Origin: Auanema rhodensis
Lineage: Eukaryota; Animalia; Nematoda
DNA length: 64,000 nt
Assembly: GCA_964057225.1 (NCBI GenBank)
Contig: OZ059898.1
Coordinates: 9,362,001-9,426,000 of the forward strand
Direction: 5' to 3'
Part shown: in pieces, positions 49,209 through 60,619 of the stretch
Position numbering within the stretch: the stretch's first letter is position 1
How the letters are laid out: each line of letters begins with the position of its first letter
Translations under genes and position numbers: made by a program
Notes under the pieces: generated by a model
The model's input: only the letters and a program-made list of their open reading frames with translations
Database searches by the model: none
What the model was told of the DNA's origin: nothing

Positions 49209-50662
49209 AGTAGAGAGCCATGCCGAATTTACTAACCACGCCCCCAAACAGTTGCTAAAAACATACTTTTGAGGGCGTCAGCTGCTAAAAACATACTTTT
49301 GGGGGCGTCAGCTGTCAAAATCATATTTTCGGCGTCAGCTGTCAAAAATATACTTTTCCTCCCGAGGCAGGCTCTCGAGCCTGCGCATGGATAAAAATGC
49401 ATGATTTTTTTTAAAATCTTTTTTTAAAATTATTTTTTAATGTATTTTTAAATGAATTTTTATTATTTATATATTTGTTAATTGTATTTGTAAATATTTT
49501 TAAAATTATTTCTTTTTAAATGTATTTTTAATATTTATATATGTTTTAAATATTATGATTTAATTATTTCTTTTTAAATGTATTTTTAGTAATATTTCTT
49601 TTTAAATGTATTTTAATATTCATATATTTTTGAATTGTATCTTTAAAACTGAATAAATTATTTCTCATATATATATTTTTTTATTTATTTAAATATTTTT
49701 AAAAGGTAATCAATATGTTCACCGTACCACTTATGGGTTAATCGGTGGAACTCATATCGAAGGTCAATTCGATAAGAAGTACTAAATATTTAAACTAAAT
49801 TTAATGAAACACATATCGAAGGTTAATTCGATAAGAACGACATTAAATTATTAATTTTTGAAATTACAAATTGTTATTAATTATATTTATTCTAACAAGT
49901 AAAAGTTTCAAATTAAAAGAAAAGACTAGTTTTAAACTTTATTTTACTAATATAACAATACAATAACTAAATAGAGCACACATTGAAGGTAAATACAATA
50001 AGATTAACAAACAGTTGCGCTGACCTCAATGAAACGCATATCGATGGTTAATAAACAGTAATAACTGCACTGTGGGGGTTTAAATATAGTATAATCATTT
50101 TAACATTTCAAAAGTTTTAGTTTCGTAATATAATCATTTTTAAATATTCAAGAATGAAATATTTTTACATATAAAACGTTGGCAGTCACATGTTTTGTGC
50201 TACAATATGGGTGTAAAACTATACTATGAATAATATATGAGCTATTAAGCAAAGTTTAAAAAGCCTAAATGTTTTACAGAGATGGCTGTTGTTTATGGCA
50301 CAAACGGTAAACAATAATGTTTAAAGAGATGTAAAAACTAATTAATATGCAGATTGTTTACAGGTTCAGAGTGCGCCAACTGTTGGCAACTGTCGATGAG
50401 ATGAGTATATCTGCATAAATATGCTGTAAAATCTAATTAATAAAAGAATTTCATCAGCAAACTTGATTGTAACACAATGGGTTGTACTTTACAAAAATCT
50501 TTGTATAAAAGGTTGGCAATTTTGCTACATTTACATTTCAGCTCTGCCGACTATCCGAGGATCCGACGTTTCACCATCTCCTGCCACTCTTTGCCAATCG
50601 CCATAGACTGCTCCTCTCTGCAAGTTTGCCTTATATTTTAGAAAGTTGGATCTTTAGCGGAA

Positions 50663-51241
50663 ATGAAGCGTGCTGTACTTGCTGATGTGACAAATGTTGT
50701 GCGCAAATCGCCTGAACCTGAAGTACCACGACCACCCACACCAGCACCAAATTTCACAAGTTTTGGTATGAACCTTAACTTGTCTTTTTTAAATCTTTAA
50801 TTTAGATTCACCAATAAAGCAGATTGAGATTCTGAGAGAGAGCACTCCACCAAGGAGTGTATTAATGAGACCGATTTGTCTCTGCAAAACTTGTAGGGAA
50901 TCATTGCAGGTTATAGACGAGTATCACTGTTTCAGCCTCTGTATAAAGTGTAGAGGAAGGAATGATGCGTTGGGTCTTTTGAAGGAATTTCGTCACTATA
51001 AGCCCGAAAACTTTTCTATTAATGTAAGCTTGCATATTTATTTATTTTCAATTTTATCATTTTTTAGATGCGCTCTTATAACACCATGACGTGCAAGCAA
51101 TTGTTGAACAATATGGGCTTTATTGTTATATATGCAGATGAGGCTACTGTAAAGACTTTTGGTTATAAGCAGAATGTATTCTACTTTAAACTAAGTCCAG
51201 AAGCACTCAACCTGAACATCCGCTTTGATCCTTCATTTTGA
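50663..51241 (+). CDS. Maverick C 3-exon accessory gene, ~164 aa (D-box, S/T-P sites, Cys/His cluster)
   Basis: Exons 50663-50765, 50806-51023 and 51068-51241 splice in frame: MKRAVLADVTNVVRKSPEPEVPRPPTP...SPIK...TPPR...ICLCKTC...HCFSLCIKC...FDPSF*; TATAAAAG at ~50504. Confidence 0.78.
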
Positions 51242-51538
51242 CTACAACAAGCACAAATAGTACAATTGGCGTTTTATTCTTGTTTTGTTAGGTGGCATTT
51301 TTATATTCTCAGCCGTAACATTTTTTTTTCCAGCTCTTGCGAATATCCATCAATGGCTCATCAATTGAGGACGAATGATCAACCAACTGGTAAGAATTTG
51401 AAAATTTGAATAGTCTACATTTTTTTTTTTCCAGGTTGAATTGTTGTTTGTATTTTGCTGGTTTTTTATTGTTACATTATGCGATATATATCAAATAAAT
51501 CATTTATTATAATTACAATTGTTTATAACATTGAAAAA

Positions 51539-52606
51539 TTATACATTTAAATTTTTTGCATCTATCCATTCATTAAAGTTGTCGGGATATCCACTCCATT
51601 TTACAAATACTTGGCGTTTACCGCTTCGAGTACGCTCTTTCAAAACTTTTTCTATATAGTACTTGTTGCTTTTATTAGTAGCCAAGACAAGTTCAGGTTC
51701 GTAGAATATTCCCTTTATACGTTCACCATTATAATCTACAAGTTTATACACGGTTGGGTTTCCGGTTACAACCTCATCAATTGTGAACAGCTCCATTGTA
51801 TATCCAGACTCGTAGCTTTTTTCAAAAGTACGCCTATTTTTGCTTATGCGAATAGTATCACCAATTTTAAAGCGGCTTTTAACAGCTGGTGCATATTCTT
51901 CAATGAATATATTTGCTTTAACATCAATGGGCCGCATTTTTATAGAGCGGTTATAAGATTTGTTTATTCCTTCAACCAAATCATCTAGGATATCAATCCA
52001 ACGATGATTATTCTTGTAATAGAGATATTTCATCATGCGTGTTTTTAAAGTTCTATTTGCTCGCTCCACCATTGCAGCCTTTTGTGGTGAACTTGTAGAT
52101 CCGTGCAGTATGGCAAACTTTTTGAATAGTTTTTCACAATGACTATTATAAAACTCTGTGCCATTATCAGTAATCAACTGAATTGGTATAAAATTCTTGA
52201 ATAAATTTTCAAATGCACTAGCAACCTCTATACCACCTTTAGTTTTCAAAGGCCTAACATATAACATGCGTGTATAAACATCAATCATGGTCAACATGTA
52301 AGCATAGCCGTCGTTTAATTTTTTATATTTTTGCATATCAACCAAATCTGCTTGCACTGTTAGAAATCGACCACATCCTCTAGTCTTTCTAGTCTGCATA
52401 CGCATTCTGGTTGGTTTATGCCGTGTAAAAGTTTCAGAATCTTGCAAAAAATCATCAACTTGTACCTTTGAAATGCCATGTTTTCGTGCTTGCTATAATA
52501 AATTCTTGGCTGATGTATATGAAGCTGGATGTTTTATATCGTAATAAATGCTCGCCAAAATATCATTTCCATAATCTAATGTAGAACCTTTTACGACCTT
52601 GGCCAT
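51539..52606 (-). pseudogene. Integrase of Maverick C with a premature stop
   Basis: TCG in B is TAG at 52493-52495. Confidence 0.88.
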
Positions 52607-53279
52607 TCTGTGTTTCTCCCGCCTGAGGTGTGTAATATGATTCGGCGGCAGTATCAAAAGTCTTTGACCTTTTACTTTTGAGTGTACGAACCGGTGATGG
52701 TGAATATCGAATAACAGCTTTACGATGACGAGGCGTTCTAGGTAATATAGTAGAGTCCAAGTCTGTAACAGCCGGTTCAGCTCTAGTTACAACGTCAACT
52801 GAATCATTGTCAGCCGACTCTCTTCTAGTTTGTTTCTTGTTAGAACTAGATACGCCTTTACTGGCTAAAAACTTTGACAAGACTGAAAATCCATTGGGCT
52901 CCGTTTTTGTTTTATCCAGTACAAAATCTAAAATTTTTGTAATATTCGTGTTTGGTACAGCCTCATTATTAATCACAAGTTGGTTATTCTTGTTTGTGCG
53001 CACCTCTGGAAATTTCTCCCACAAATTGTTATACTTTCTTGGCAACTTGTATTCTGGCAATAGAGGTGGATCAACATTTTCCACTTGTACTGATATGGGC
53101 GCATCTATACTTTCTCTATAGTTTTTGAGACGAGCAATCAAGTCTTCGTATAGTTCAGCCTTTTTATAGTCGGGTATAGCTCTATTTTCTCGTAAAAGCT
53201 TGAGCTCTGCATCAAACTTGTCTATATTAATTGTTTCCTCGTCGACAGGAATTAGTCGATATTTATGGTTGAGCTTCAT
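52563..53279 (-). CDS. Copy of the 238-aa Maverick ORF
   Basis: Near-identical to 47191-47907. Confidence 0.72.
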   Translation of the reverse strand: MKLNHKYRLIPVDEETINIDKFDAELKLLRENRAIPDYKKAELYEDLIARLKNYRESIDAPISVQVENVDPPLLPEYKLPRKYNNLWEKFPEVRTNKNNQLVINNEAVPNTNITKILDFVLDKTKTEPNGFSVLSKFLASKGVSSSNKKQTRRESADNDSVDVVTRAEPAVTDLDSTILPRTPRHRKAVIRYSPSPVRTLKSKRSKTFDTAAESYYTPQAGETQNGQGRKRFYIRLWK

Positions 53280-53584
53280 GATTTAAAACCAAAATAGGCA
53301 ATACCACATGTAACTATTGTTTTCAATTGTTTGTGTGAAAGCGTTGCCAATAATGATTTAGCCTTTTCCGGTGTGCGTATCAAAGCTATTTGACGTAATA
53401 ATGAAGATATGGGCAAGAGGGTTTTATATTCCTTGTTAGTTAAAAGAAAATTATTATTTTTCACAATATTAAATACAATTTCAACAATAATTTCAATTTG
53501 TGCAAAAGAAAATGAGGAAACAGAACAAGGAGTTTTGGCGCAAGAAGACAAAAAGTTGAAATTTGACAAAATACGACCACTCAT
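53276..53584 (-). CDS. Copy of the 102-aa Maverick ORF
   Basis: Near-identical to 46886-47194. Confidence 0.68.
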   Translation of the reverse strand: MSGRILSNFNFLSSCAKTPCSVSSFSFAQIEIIVEIVFNIVKNNNFLLTNKEYKTLLPISSLLRQIALIRTPEKAKSLLATLSHKQLKTIVTCGIAYFGFKS

Positions 53585-53596
53585 TGAACAAGCACT

Positions 53597-54237
53597 TTAA
53601 ACACTAAACACATTTCTGGCAACATAAACAATAGGGTTCTCCGCTGTTATATCAGATAGTATACGCTGCTTCTCACTTGTTAAAGGATGATTGTCAATCA
53701 GTAAATGACTATAGGGAGTAGACATTGCATCATCATACGCCTCTAGAGCATTTTTGAAACGTGGCCCAAATAATTGCTGCAGACAATTACGTATTTGTAA
53801 TATATCTGAATGACTTTTCATCAGTATTATATATGTACTATTGATTCGACTGGTCCTGTCCAGTTGAAATGCCGCTTGCACAAGATTAAACACTGCCAAA
53901 TTCCAGTGATGAGCCCATACTGTAAAAATGTTGTTGAGTAATTCCTTTGCTGCTTTATTCGATGAAAAAAAGTTCATCAAATCATCCAGCACTAGTATAG
54001 TATTTACTCCCTTTTGTTCTTTTATCAAATCAGGATCAGGAGGCCCTTGAATAATTATTAAACGCTCATCATTTATTGGTACACCTGACGATGACCCACA
54101 TTGACTGAACCAGAATATTCTATCAATGGGGACGTTGAAAAACTTTTCAGTATTTTCACATATGTGTTTTATGAGGGTTGTTTTACCGCATTGGCTATTA
54201 CAGTTGTCTGACTGGGTAGTTTGAAGCTGAAAACCAT
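53597..54237 (-). pseudogene. Packaging ATPase of C, frameshifted
   Basis: 7-bp deletion (GTGCTAC) at the start of Walker A relative to B. Confidence 0.88.
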
Positions 54238-54316
54238 AATCAACCACTCGTAAATGTACCTAAAATGCAAATGATTTCATTTGCAATAGTGTACACGTAT
54301 CAAGTGGTGGTTTGTC

Positions 54317-55131
54317 ATGGATGATTTTTACATTACTCTTCCATCATCAGTTGACTCTGAAAAAAGTAATACATCATCAGTGTTTCTTACCAGATTACCT
54401 GAAACACTAAGGCTACGCAATAATAGATATTGCATTGGGCTGACAGACATCATTTTTCCTTGTTCTATATTAAATGTTCAAAAAGATTTATCTTATACAC
54501 TACGTTTTCCCAATAGAAAATTTATTCTGCACTTGCCTAAAGGCAACTATGCAAATGGTGATGAAATAATACGAAGCCTCTTGGAGCTGAGGAAGAAGCA
54601 CGTATAAAAAGTTTAATAGATAAAGATGAAGATGTAAAAAAATGGTATAATAATCGCCAGGCTGACGCTAAGCTAGTGGAGGAAATGCTCGCAGACGCCA
54701 CATTTCAGTTTAACAAAACATTGCAGCGCATAGAGTTTGTAACAAGCAAGCGACTATTAATGAATGCAACGCTTGGTGATGATTTTGCATATTTTCTTGG
54801 TTTTGAAAATAAAAACATCAACGATACAATAATAGCCAGGCGTCCCATTGATTTTTCAAATAACATTAATACAATGTATATATATTGTGATATTGTAGAA
54901 TATTCCATTCTTGGTAATGTGAAAGCTAATTTACTTGCATGTTTACCTGTACCACCTCCTACTGAATTTGGTAAAATGATTGCCAAAACATTTAATCCTA
55001 TTCGTTATGTACCAATCACTAGACAAACACTCGATACCATACGTATTGAAATTTTAGATGAATTTGGTCGTCCTATGCAATTTAATTATGGTTCTACAGT
55101 TGTTACATTGCATGTTAAAAATATGAAATAA
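54317..55131 (+). pseudogene. Penton of C, frameshifted
   Basis: ~43-bp deletion at ~54573 splits the ORF. Confidence 0.88.
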
Positions 55132-55136
55132 ACGTT

Positions 55137-55601
55137 TTATTCAACAGTTATACAATACCACATTTTTATTTTCGAAGGTTTAAAAGATAGTTTAGGGCAG
55201 TTTTGTTTGTCGCTCGGCTCGTGTTGTGAATGTTCTCCGTCACTATTGCTGCGGCATCTTTTTGATTGGGTTGAATGTACAAACTCCTCAGCTTTTTCAA
55301 AGGGTTTGCTGGTATCATTTCCATCACCATCTTCACCATTCGTTCCATTATTATTATGAATACGCCGAATATGACGCTCACAATTGAATCTTGTTCCAAA
55401 AGTTTCACTACAATGAGGGCACAAACGTCTACGAACACCATCCAAATGTCCATATTTTTGAATAAAGTCAGCATTGCTGATATAATTGTTACATATGGAT
55501 TGAATCCCTGCATGCCTTTTCAAAACGTGATCACTAAAATGCTTGGTTGAAGAAAATATTTCCTTGCATGTACCACAATATTTGTTACATAAAAGTTCCA
55601 T
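55137..55601 (-). CDS. C2H2 zinc-finger protein, copy C
   Basis: Near-identical to 44819-45283, frame open. Confidence 0.75.
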   Translation of the reverse strand: MELLCNKYCGTCKEIFSSTKHFSDHVLKRHAGIQSICNNYISNADFIQKYGHLDGVRRRLCPHCSETFGTRFNCERHIRRIHNNNGTNGEDGDGNDTSKPFEKAEEFVHSTQSKRCRSNSDGEHSQHEPSDKQNCPKLSFKPSKIKMWYCITVE

Positions 55602-55854
55602 TAGAGGAAAATGAAAAACGACCACACGCAATCAACCCACTTTTATATAATGAGCAATAATATGACTAGTGTTGTACAAAAGCCCAATCCCAATGCTATA
55701 CCTTTAATAAATGGCACTGAAATACATTTCAACATTCTCCTGTATAAAGGCGCTGGTTTAGATTGCTCCAACGTGTATTTGACACATAATTCACAGTGAC
55801 AAGGAATATTCATAACTGACCACGTAATGTAGCAGGTTATTAATGACAAATTTC

Positions 55855-56310
55855 TTATATAGTAGCCAATTTATAGTCGAATACTTTATGCATAAACGCT
55901 TTAATAAAGACATCATCATTTTTCAATAGTTTAAAAAATAAACAAATGCTTTCAAATGAATTACCAGCCGACAACATTAGTATTACAAATACCACATAGC
56001 CACCACAAGTGTATTCAATTAAACGTTCTGGTTTGCAAGTATTAATTTTTACCTTTTTATATTTGGCCAGATAATTTTGAATGTACTTGTTCATTTTATA
56101 TCCCAAGCTACAGAAAAAATAGGCTTGCTTGTTACGGACAAAGATGACCTGCCAATGTGTGCCTGGCTTATCATGTGTGTCAGTATTTACGACAAGTGCA
56201 AAGTTTTTACGACGCGTTTTGGGTAGAGTATCAGCGCTATATACACCGAGGAATAGTTTCCGAGTGCTGGGGACAGATTGCAATAGTGATACTATTTCAG
56301 ACGAATAAAT
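55855..56310 (-). pseudogene. Protease of C, probable start codon lost
   Basis: TKMYSSE in B is TKIYSSE in C (ATG>ATT); the Gln before the catalytic Cys is also changed to Glu. Confidence 0.7.
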
Positions 56311-56361
56311 TTTAGTAGAATGATCTAGTGTAACTTTTGTATTGCGCGCGTGCGGTTCGAT

Positions 56362-56814
56362 ATGCCGCACCTCCTTTTGGATGTCAACTCTATTCAATGG
56401 ACAACACTTTTAAATCAACAAATGGGTGGCGCCCCATTTAGCGGAATGATGTTTCAACGTGGAATGCAGAGGGGTCATGGTTTGGGTGGTATTTTGGCAA
56501 CTTTGGCATCATTTCTACCACGCATCATTCAATCACCTATAGCCCAAAATCTCATCAATGCCGGAAGAAACGCCTTATCCAGTGCTGTAAGCAATAGTTC
56601 AGTTGTAAATTCACCTCTTGGCGGACAGTTGCTGAAAACTGGTAATGAAATTGTCGATGGGGTGCTGAAAGGCGATAATATCAAGGAAACTCTTAAAACA
56701 GCCGGCCGGCAAGCTATACGAGATCTTACCGGCTTGGGCAAACGGCGACGACGCAAAACCACAAAACCTCATAAGCGGTTGTGCATCACTCGTGAGCGGT
56801 CGTTTTACATTTAA
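56362..56814 (+). CDS. Core/pX-like protein, copy C
   Basis: Near-identical to 43606-44058. Confidence 0.65.
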   Translation: MPHLLLDVNSIQWTTLLNQQMGGAPFSGMMFQRGMQRGHGLGGILATLASFLPRIIQSPIAQNLINAGRNALSSAVSNSSVVNSPLGGQLLKTGNEIVDGVLKGDNIKETLKTAGRQAIRDLTGLGKRRRRKTTKPHKRLCITRERSFYI

Positions 56815-58149
56815 ATGGCTAAATTGATAGATTCAAAATCAGCACAAGCCCTTTTACCTAATATTAATTATAGTGACATACCGGCGTCGGCATTAGGTGT
56901 TGAATCCACTCGTACTGTACAAGTTCCTTTAAAAAATACTTTTCTTCCTCAAGGACCATGGGAATTTGTTATAGCCCAAAATTCCAAATCATTTCTTAAT
57001 CTGAGAAGGTGTTGGTTGAATGTAAAATTCAAAATTGTAACCACAAACGGTGATCCAGTACCAGACAACCTTGTTTTTGCACCATGTCAACAATTTGCTG
57101 CCAGTTAAATACATTCGTATCATTTGAAAATTGGCGATGTTAGCGTGTATGACTCTACCGTGAATCATGCCTATAAAACATATATCGAGAATATTTTAAT
57201 GTATAGCAACGATGTTAAAGAGAGCAAACTTGCCATATCAGGCTATTATGCTGATAGATATATAGATAATGCATCCAGTGCTGGATTTAGAACGCGTCAA
57301 GCGCTTGTAAAAAATGGCATATTGTGTGAGATGGCTGCTCCCGTCAGTATCGACCTATTTAATCAAGAGCGACTGTTTGTAAACTATTCAAAAATGGAGC
57401 TAACTGCATATCCAAACCGTGATAACTTTTTAATTGACACTCTAGGCTGGAATAATGAAAACAAGGATACTACATTAAAGGAGGAGTTTCCAAATTTGAA
57501 AGTAGATATCAGCGATGTACATTTGCTCATTCAAGAGTTTGATCTAAACGCTGGATTAGCTATGGCTATAGAAGATAAACTCGCAAAGGTTCGAATACAC
57601 TACCCCATGACATCAGTGAAAATGCGCTCTTATTTCATAGAAGGAGGCCGCTTGGATTCACCTAATAATATATTATTCACGTCTCATACACCAAAACGTG
57701 TTGTAGTAGGTCTTGTCGGCGCACACGCTTATAATGGTACTTTTAAACATTCGCCATTCAACTTTAAACCGTTTGATTTGAAAAATATATACTTGACGCT
57801 CAACAATAGGGTAATACCTACCCGTCCTTATAATTTAGAATGGCGATCTTCCTATGCCACAGCATATATTGACATGCTCGAAGGTTTGGGACTTGGTCGT
57901 ACAGATTCATCCAATGGTATTACACCAGCAATTTATAAAGCTGGTTTCACATTTTTTGTATTTGATATTTCTCCTACTGTGCATTCGTCAGAGTTATTTG
58001 ATGTTATACGACAAGGTAATGTAGCCTTGAAATTGGAATTTGGTCAACAAACGCCGCAAGAGGGCTTATATGCAATTGTTTATGCAGAGTATGACTCTAT
58101 TCTTTCAATTGACAACAATCGTGCTCCATATATTGATACCAGTTTGTAA
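56815..58149 (+). pseudogene. Major capsid protein of C with a premature stop
   Basis: TTA in B is TAA at 57106-57108. Confidence 0.9.
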
Positions 58150-58284
58150 TGTATGTAATAAATTCTTTAAAACATTTAAGAATAAAATTTATTAATACAA
58201 CTATTTTTAAAAATATACATGTACAATGATAAAATTTTATAAATACAAATACATACAAGATAAAAATTTATAAATTCAAATATA

Positions 58285-60605
58285 TTATTCACAATAACCG
58301 TAGGGTAAAGTACTATAATCTTGTAGATAACAAAGTTTATCCATTACGACTTTAGTACTTTTTGTCATATCCATTGTGGATATGGCACCGAGTTGCCTCT
58401 TTAACAATGTCGTATTGGTTTTTAAAACCAATTTCTCTCCATCCATAACGAGTCCGCGAACCAGTCGCTCCATACTTTCAAAGTTTACCACTGATGCTGT
58501 CGTGTGGTCCAACGTCTGAAAATTATAAAATTATTTGAAAAGTCAAAGCTCGTTCTTACCACTCCCTTTGCCATTGTTACATATTTTACATCACCAGCTG
58601 CATTTACAAGTTTATAACTATAAACTTTTGCTGCTGGTGGCACAAACTTGGTCATTGACCAACCATCGGGTATTTCAGAGGTTAGTTTACCTAACCATTC
58701 ACCCTTCATATCCTCAATTGGATCTGGCTCATCTAGGCATTTTTGATAAATTAGAGAATCCGTGTCTAAATAATGTAAGTTTAAATTGAATACAAAGTAT
58801 AAAATTACCTGTATACACCAAATTCTTTCCAATTTTCTCCATCGCCTTATACAATAGTAGCCTTGCATGAGCGGTTGTATAGGCCGCAATAGCTACATTT
58901 GTAAAAGGCAGTGGTGCCAAAAGTGAATCCTCTGGTACTGTTGTGTAGTACGCAACATTATCCACCATTTTGAACCCGGTGAGTTCCCTTGCAGAATCAG
59001 TTATGATCCTACCAATTTCTGGGTCCTCAACACCAATAATCTTGGTTTGGGCTCAATCAGGTCTTTGACCCATTTTACCCCAGACACTATAAGCAAATTT
59101 GTAATGTATTGTTTTAAAAAGTTTACAAACCTATTTAGCTGCAGTTTGGCAATGCTACGCATGGCAGCATTCTTTTCAATTTTATTGCTCTCCAGAGCAA
59201 CACCAGTGTTCTCCTCGTGCTCTTGGAGATATATTACCTGTAAAATTCTATTTAATGTGATACTTTTATTAAAACATACCTTTTCTTCCTCTGTCATGTT
59301 TGGCTTTGGCCAGCCCGACGCCTCTTGTTTAATTTTTATGTACTTTTGTACAAATTCTTTAAACAGGCCGCCTTGTTGCCATTCTTCCCAGTGCCACACC
59401 TCATGCACATGAAGCACTTTATAGCCACGTTGTATGGCACACTCGAGCTCAACATGTGTCACAGTTAGATGCAGCTTTCTAGCATTTACATCATTTTGGT
59501 GGTCACATGCTACATTTTTACTTTTGACTGCACAAGTGCGGCAGTTTGTAAAAATTAGTTTACCGCCAATACGTGTACCTAATACAGGGTACAGCAAATT
59601 TGTGGGTGCAAGCACGTCACATTTTACTAGCCCCTTGTATGGGCAACATGTCTCAAAGCTTTTGAAACCCTCAGTAATAACTTTAGGATTACCTACAGGG
59701 TAGTAGGCATCAAAAGCGGTGACATATGGATATAGTGAACAAAAGTCCACATACTCGAGCGAGTATCTATCCGAAGCTTGTGCCAAAAGCTTATATGTCT
59801 GGGTGCGGCCACCGGTAAAGGCATCTCTAGGTGCCAAGCGTGTAACAACATCTGTTTCACGCATAAATTTCCCCATTTCTTCATTGGCCGAAATTTGAGC
59901 ATTAATTTCGTGCTCCCACACTGTGGTAACACTAATGCCTTGGCTTTGAATTGCTTCAAGCCTTTTCATGGTTTTATCATAAACCTAAATTTTTCAAATT
60001 AAAATGATTAAAAAAGTCACAATTACCTCTTCCATTGTTTCACCATTTCTGCCTGGTGCTATAGCGCTCTTGTTGGTGCACTGGGGGCAACCATGGTAAA
60101 TGCAACCATTAATCTACAAAAATTTGCATTTTTTACATTTATTACAAATTACTCACCTCATAGCCATGATTGGCAACGGGGTCATAAGCATCGAGTAGAT
60201 AGCGATGGCCATCTACTCTCACTGCAAATTCGCCACCATTAAGCTTATGCATTAATGGGCGGCCCAATCCTTGTTCTAGCCATTTTATATACTTTATGGC
60301 TATTATACTCTGCTTTTGACCGGCATAATAACCAGTCTCGGGCAGAATACCCACTTGGTTCTCTTTAATATGATTCATTTTCAACTGTAATATATTAGTT
60401 TTGAAAATGCTTGTATTTTAAAAAACTTGCCTGGAATAAAGAGAAACTGGCAAATGTCATACATTGTATGACAGGGTTGCCAACTTCATGTAAACTTTCA
60501 TACAGTTGGTTAAAATACGGACATCTGTCCTACAATATTCCAAAAGCTCTTCATCAAAATCAAACGCTCTTTGATTACGCTCTTCATACCAAATATTGAA
60601 TGAAG
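58285..60605 (-). pseudogene. pPolB of C, 3' exons only
   Basis: Same introns as B; 19-bp deletion at ~60478; homology ends at 60605. Confidence 0.9.
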
Positions 60606-60619
60606 AATATGAATGAATA

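Larger units (their letters stand above)
49209..60605 (-). mobile_element. Maverick C, inverted relative to B, decayed, truncated within pPolB
   Basis: AGTAGAGAGCC terminus at 49209; mirror gene order to B at high identity; several nonsense mutations and deletions. Confidence 0.93.

Noticed and set aside
50477-50641. ORF MGCTLQKSLYKR upstream of the accessory gene
   Set aside because: The conserved part coincides with the TATA box, copy A lacks the ATG, and the downstream peptides differ.
43612-60002. Many 60-125 aa antisense or alternate-frame ORFs over Maverick genes
   Set aside because: Shadow ORFs; their recurrence in B and C only reflects recent common ancestry.
39850-60605. B and C as a single giant palindromic element or fold-back assembly artefact
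   Set aside because: B has its own TIR pair and TSD, a third element's integrase sliver separates them, and the copies differ by many substitutions and indels.
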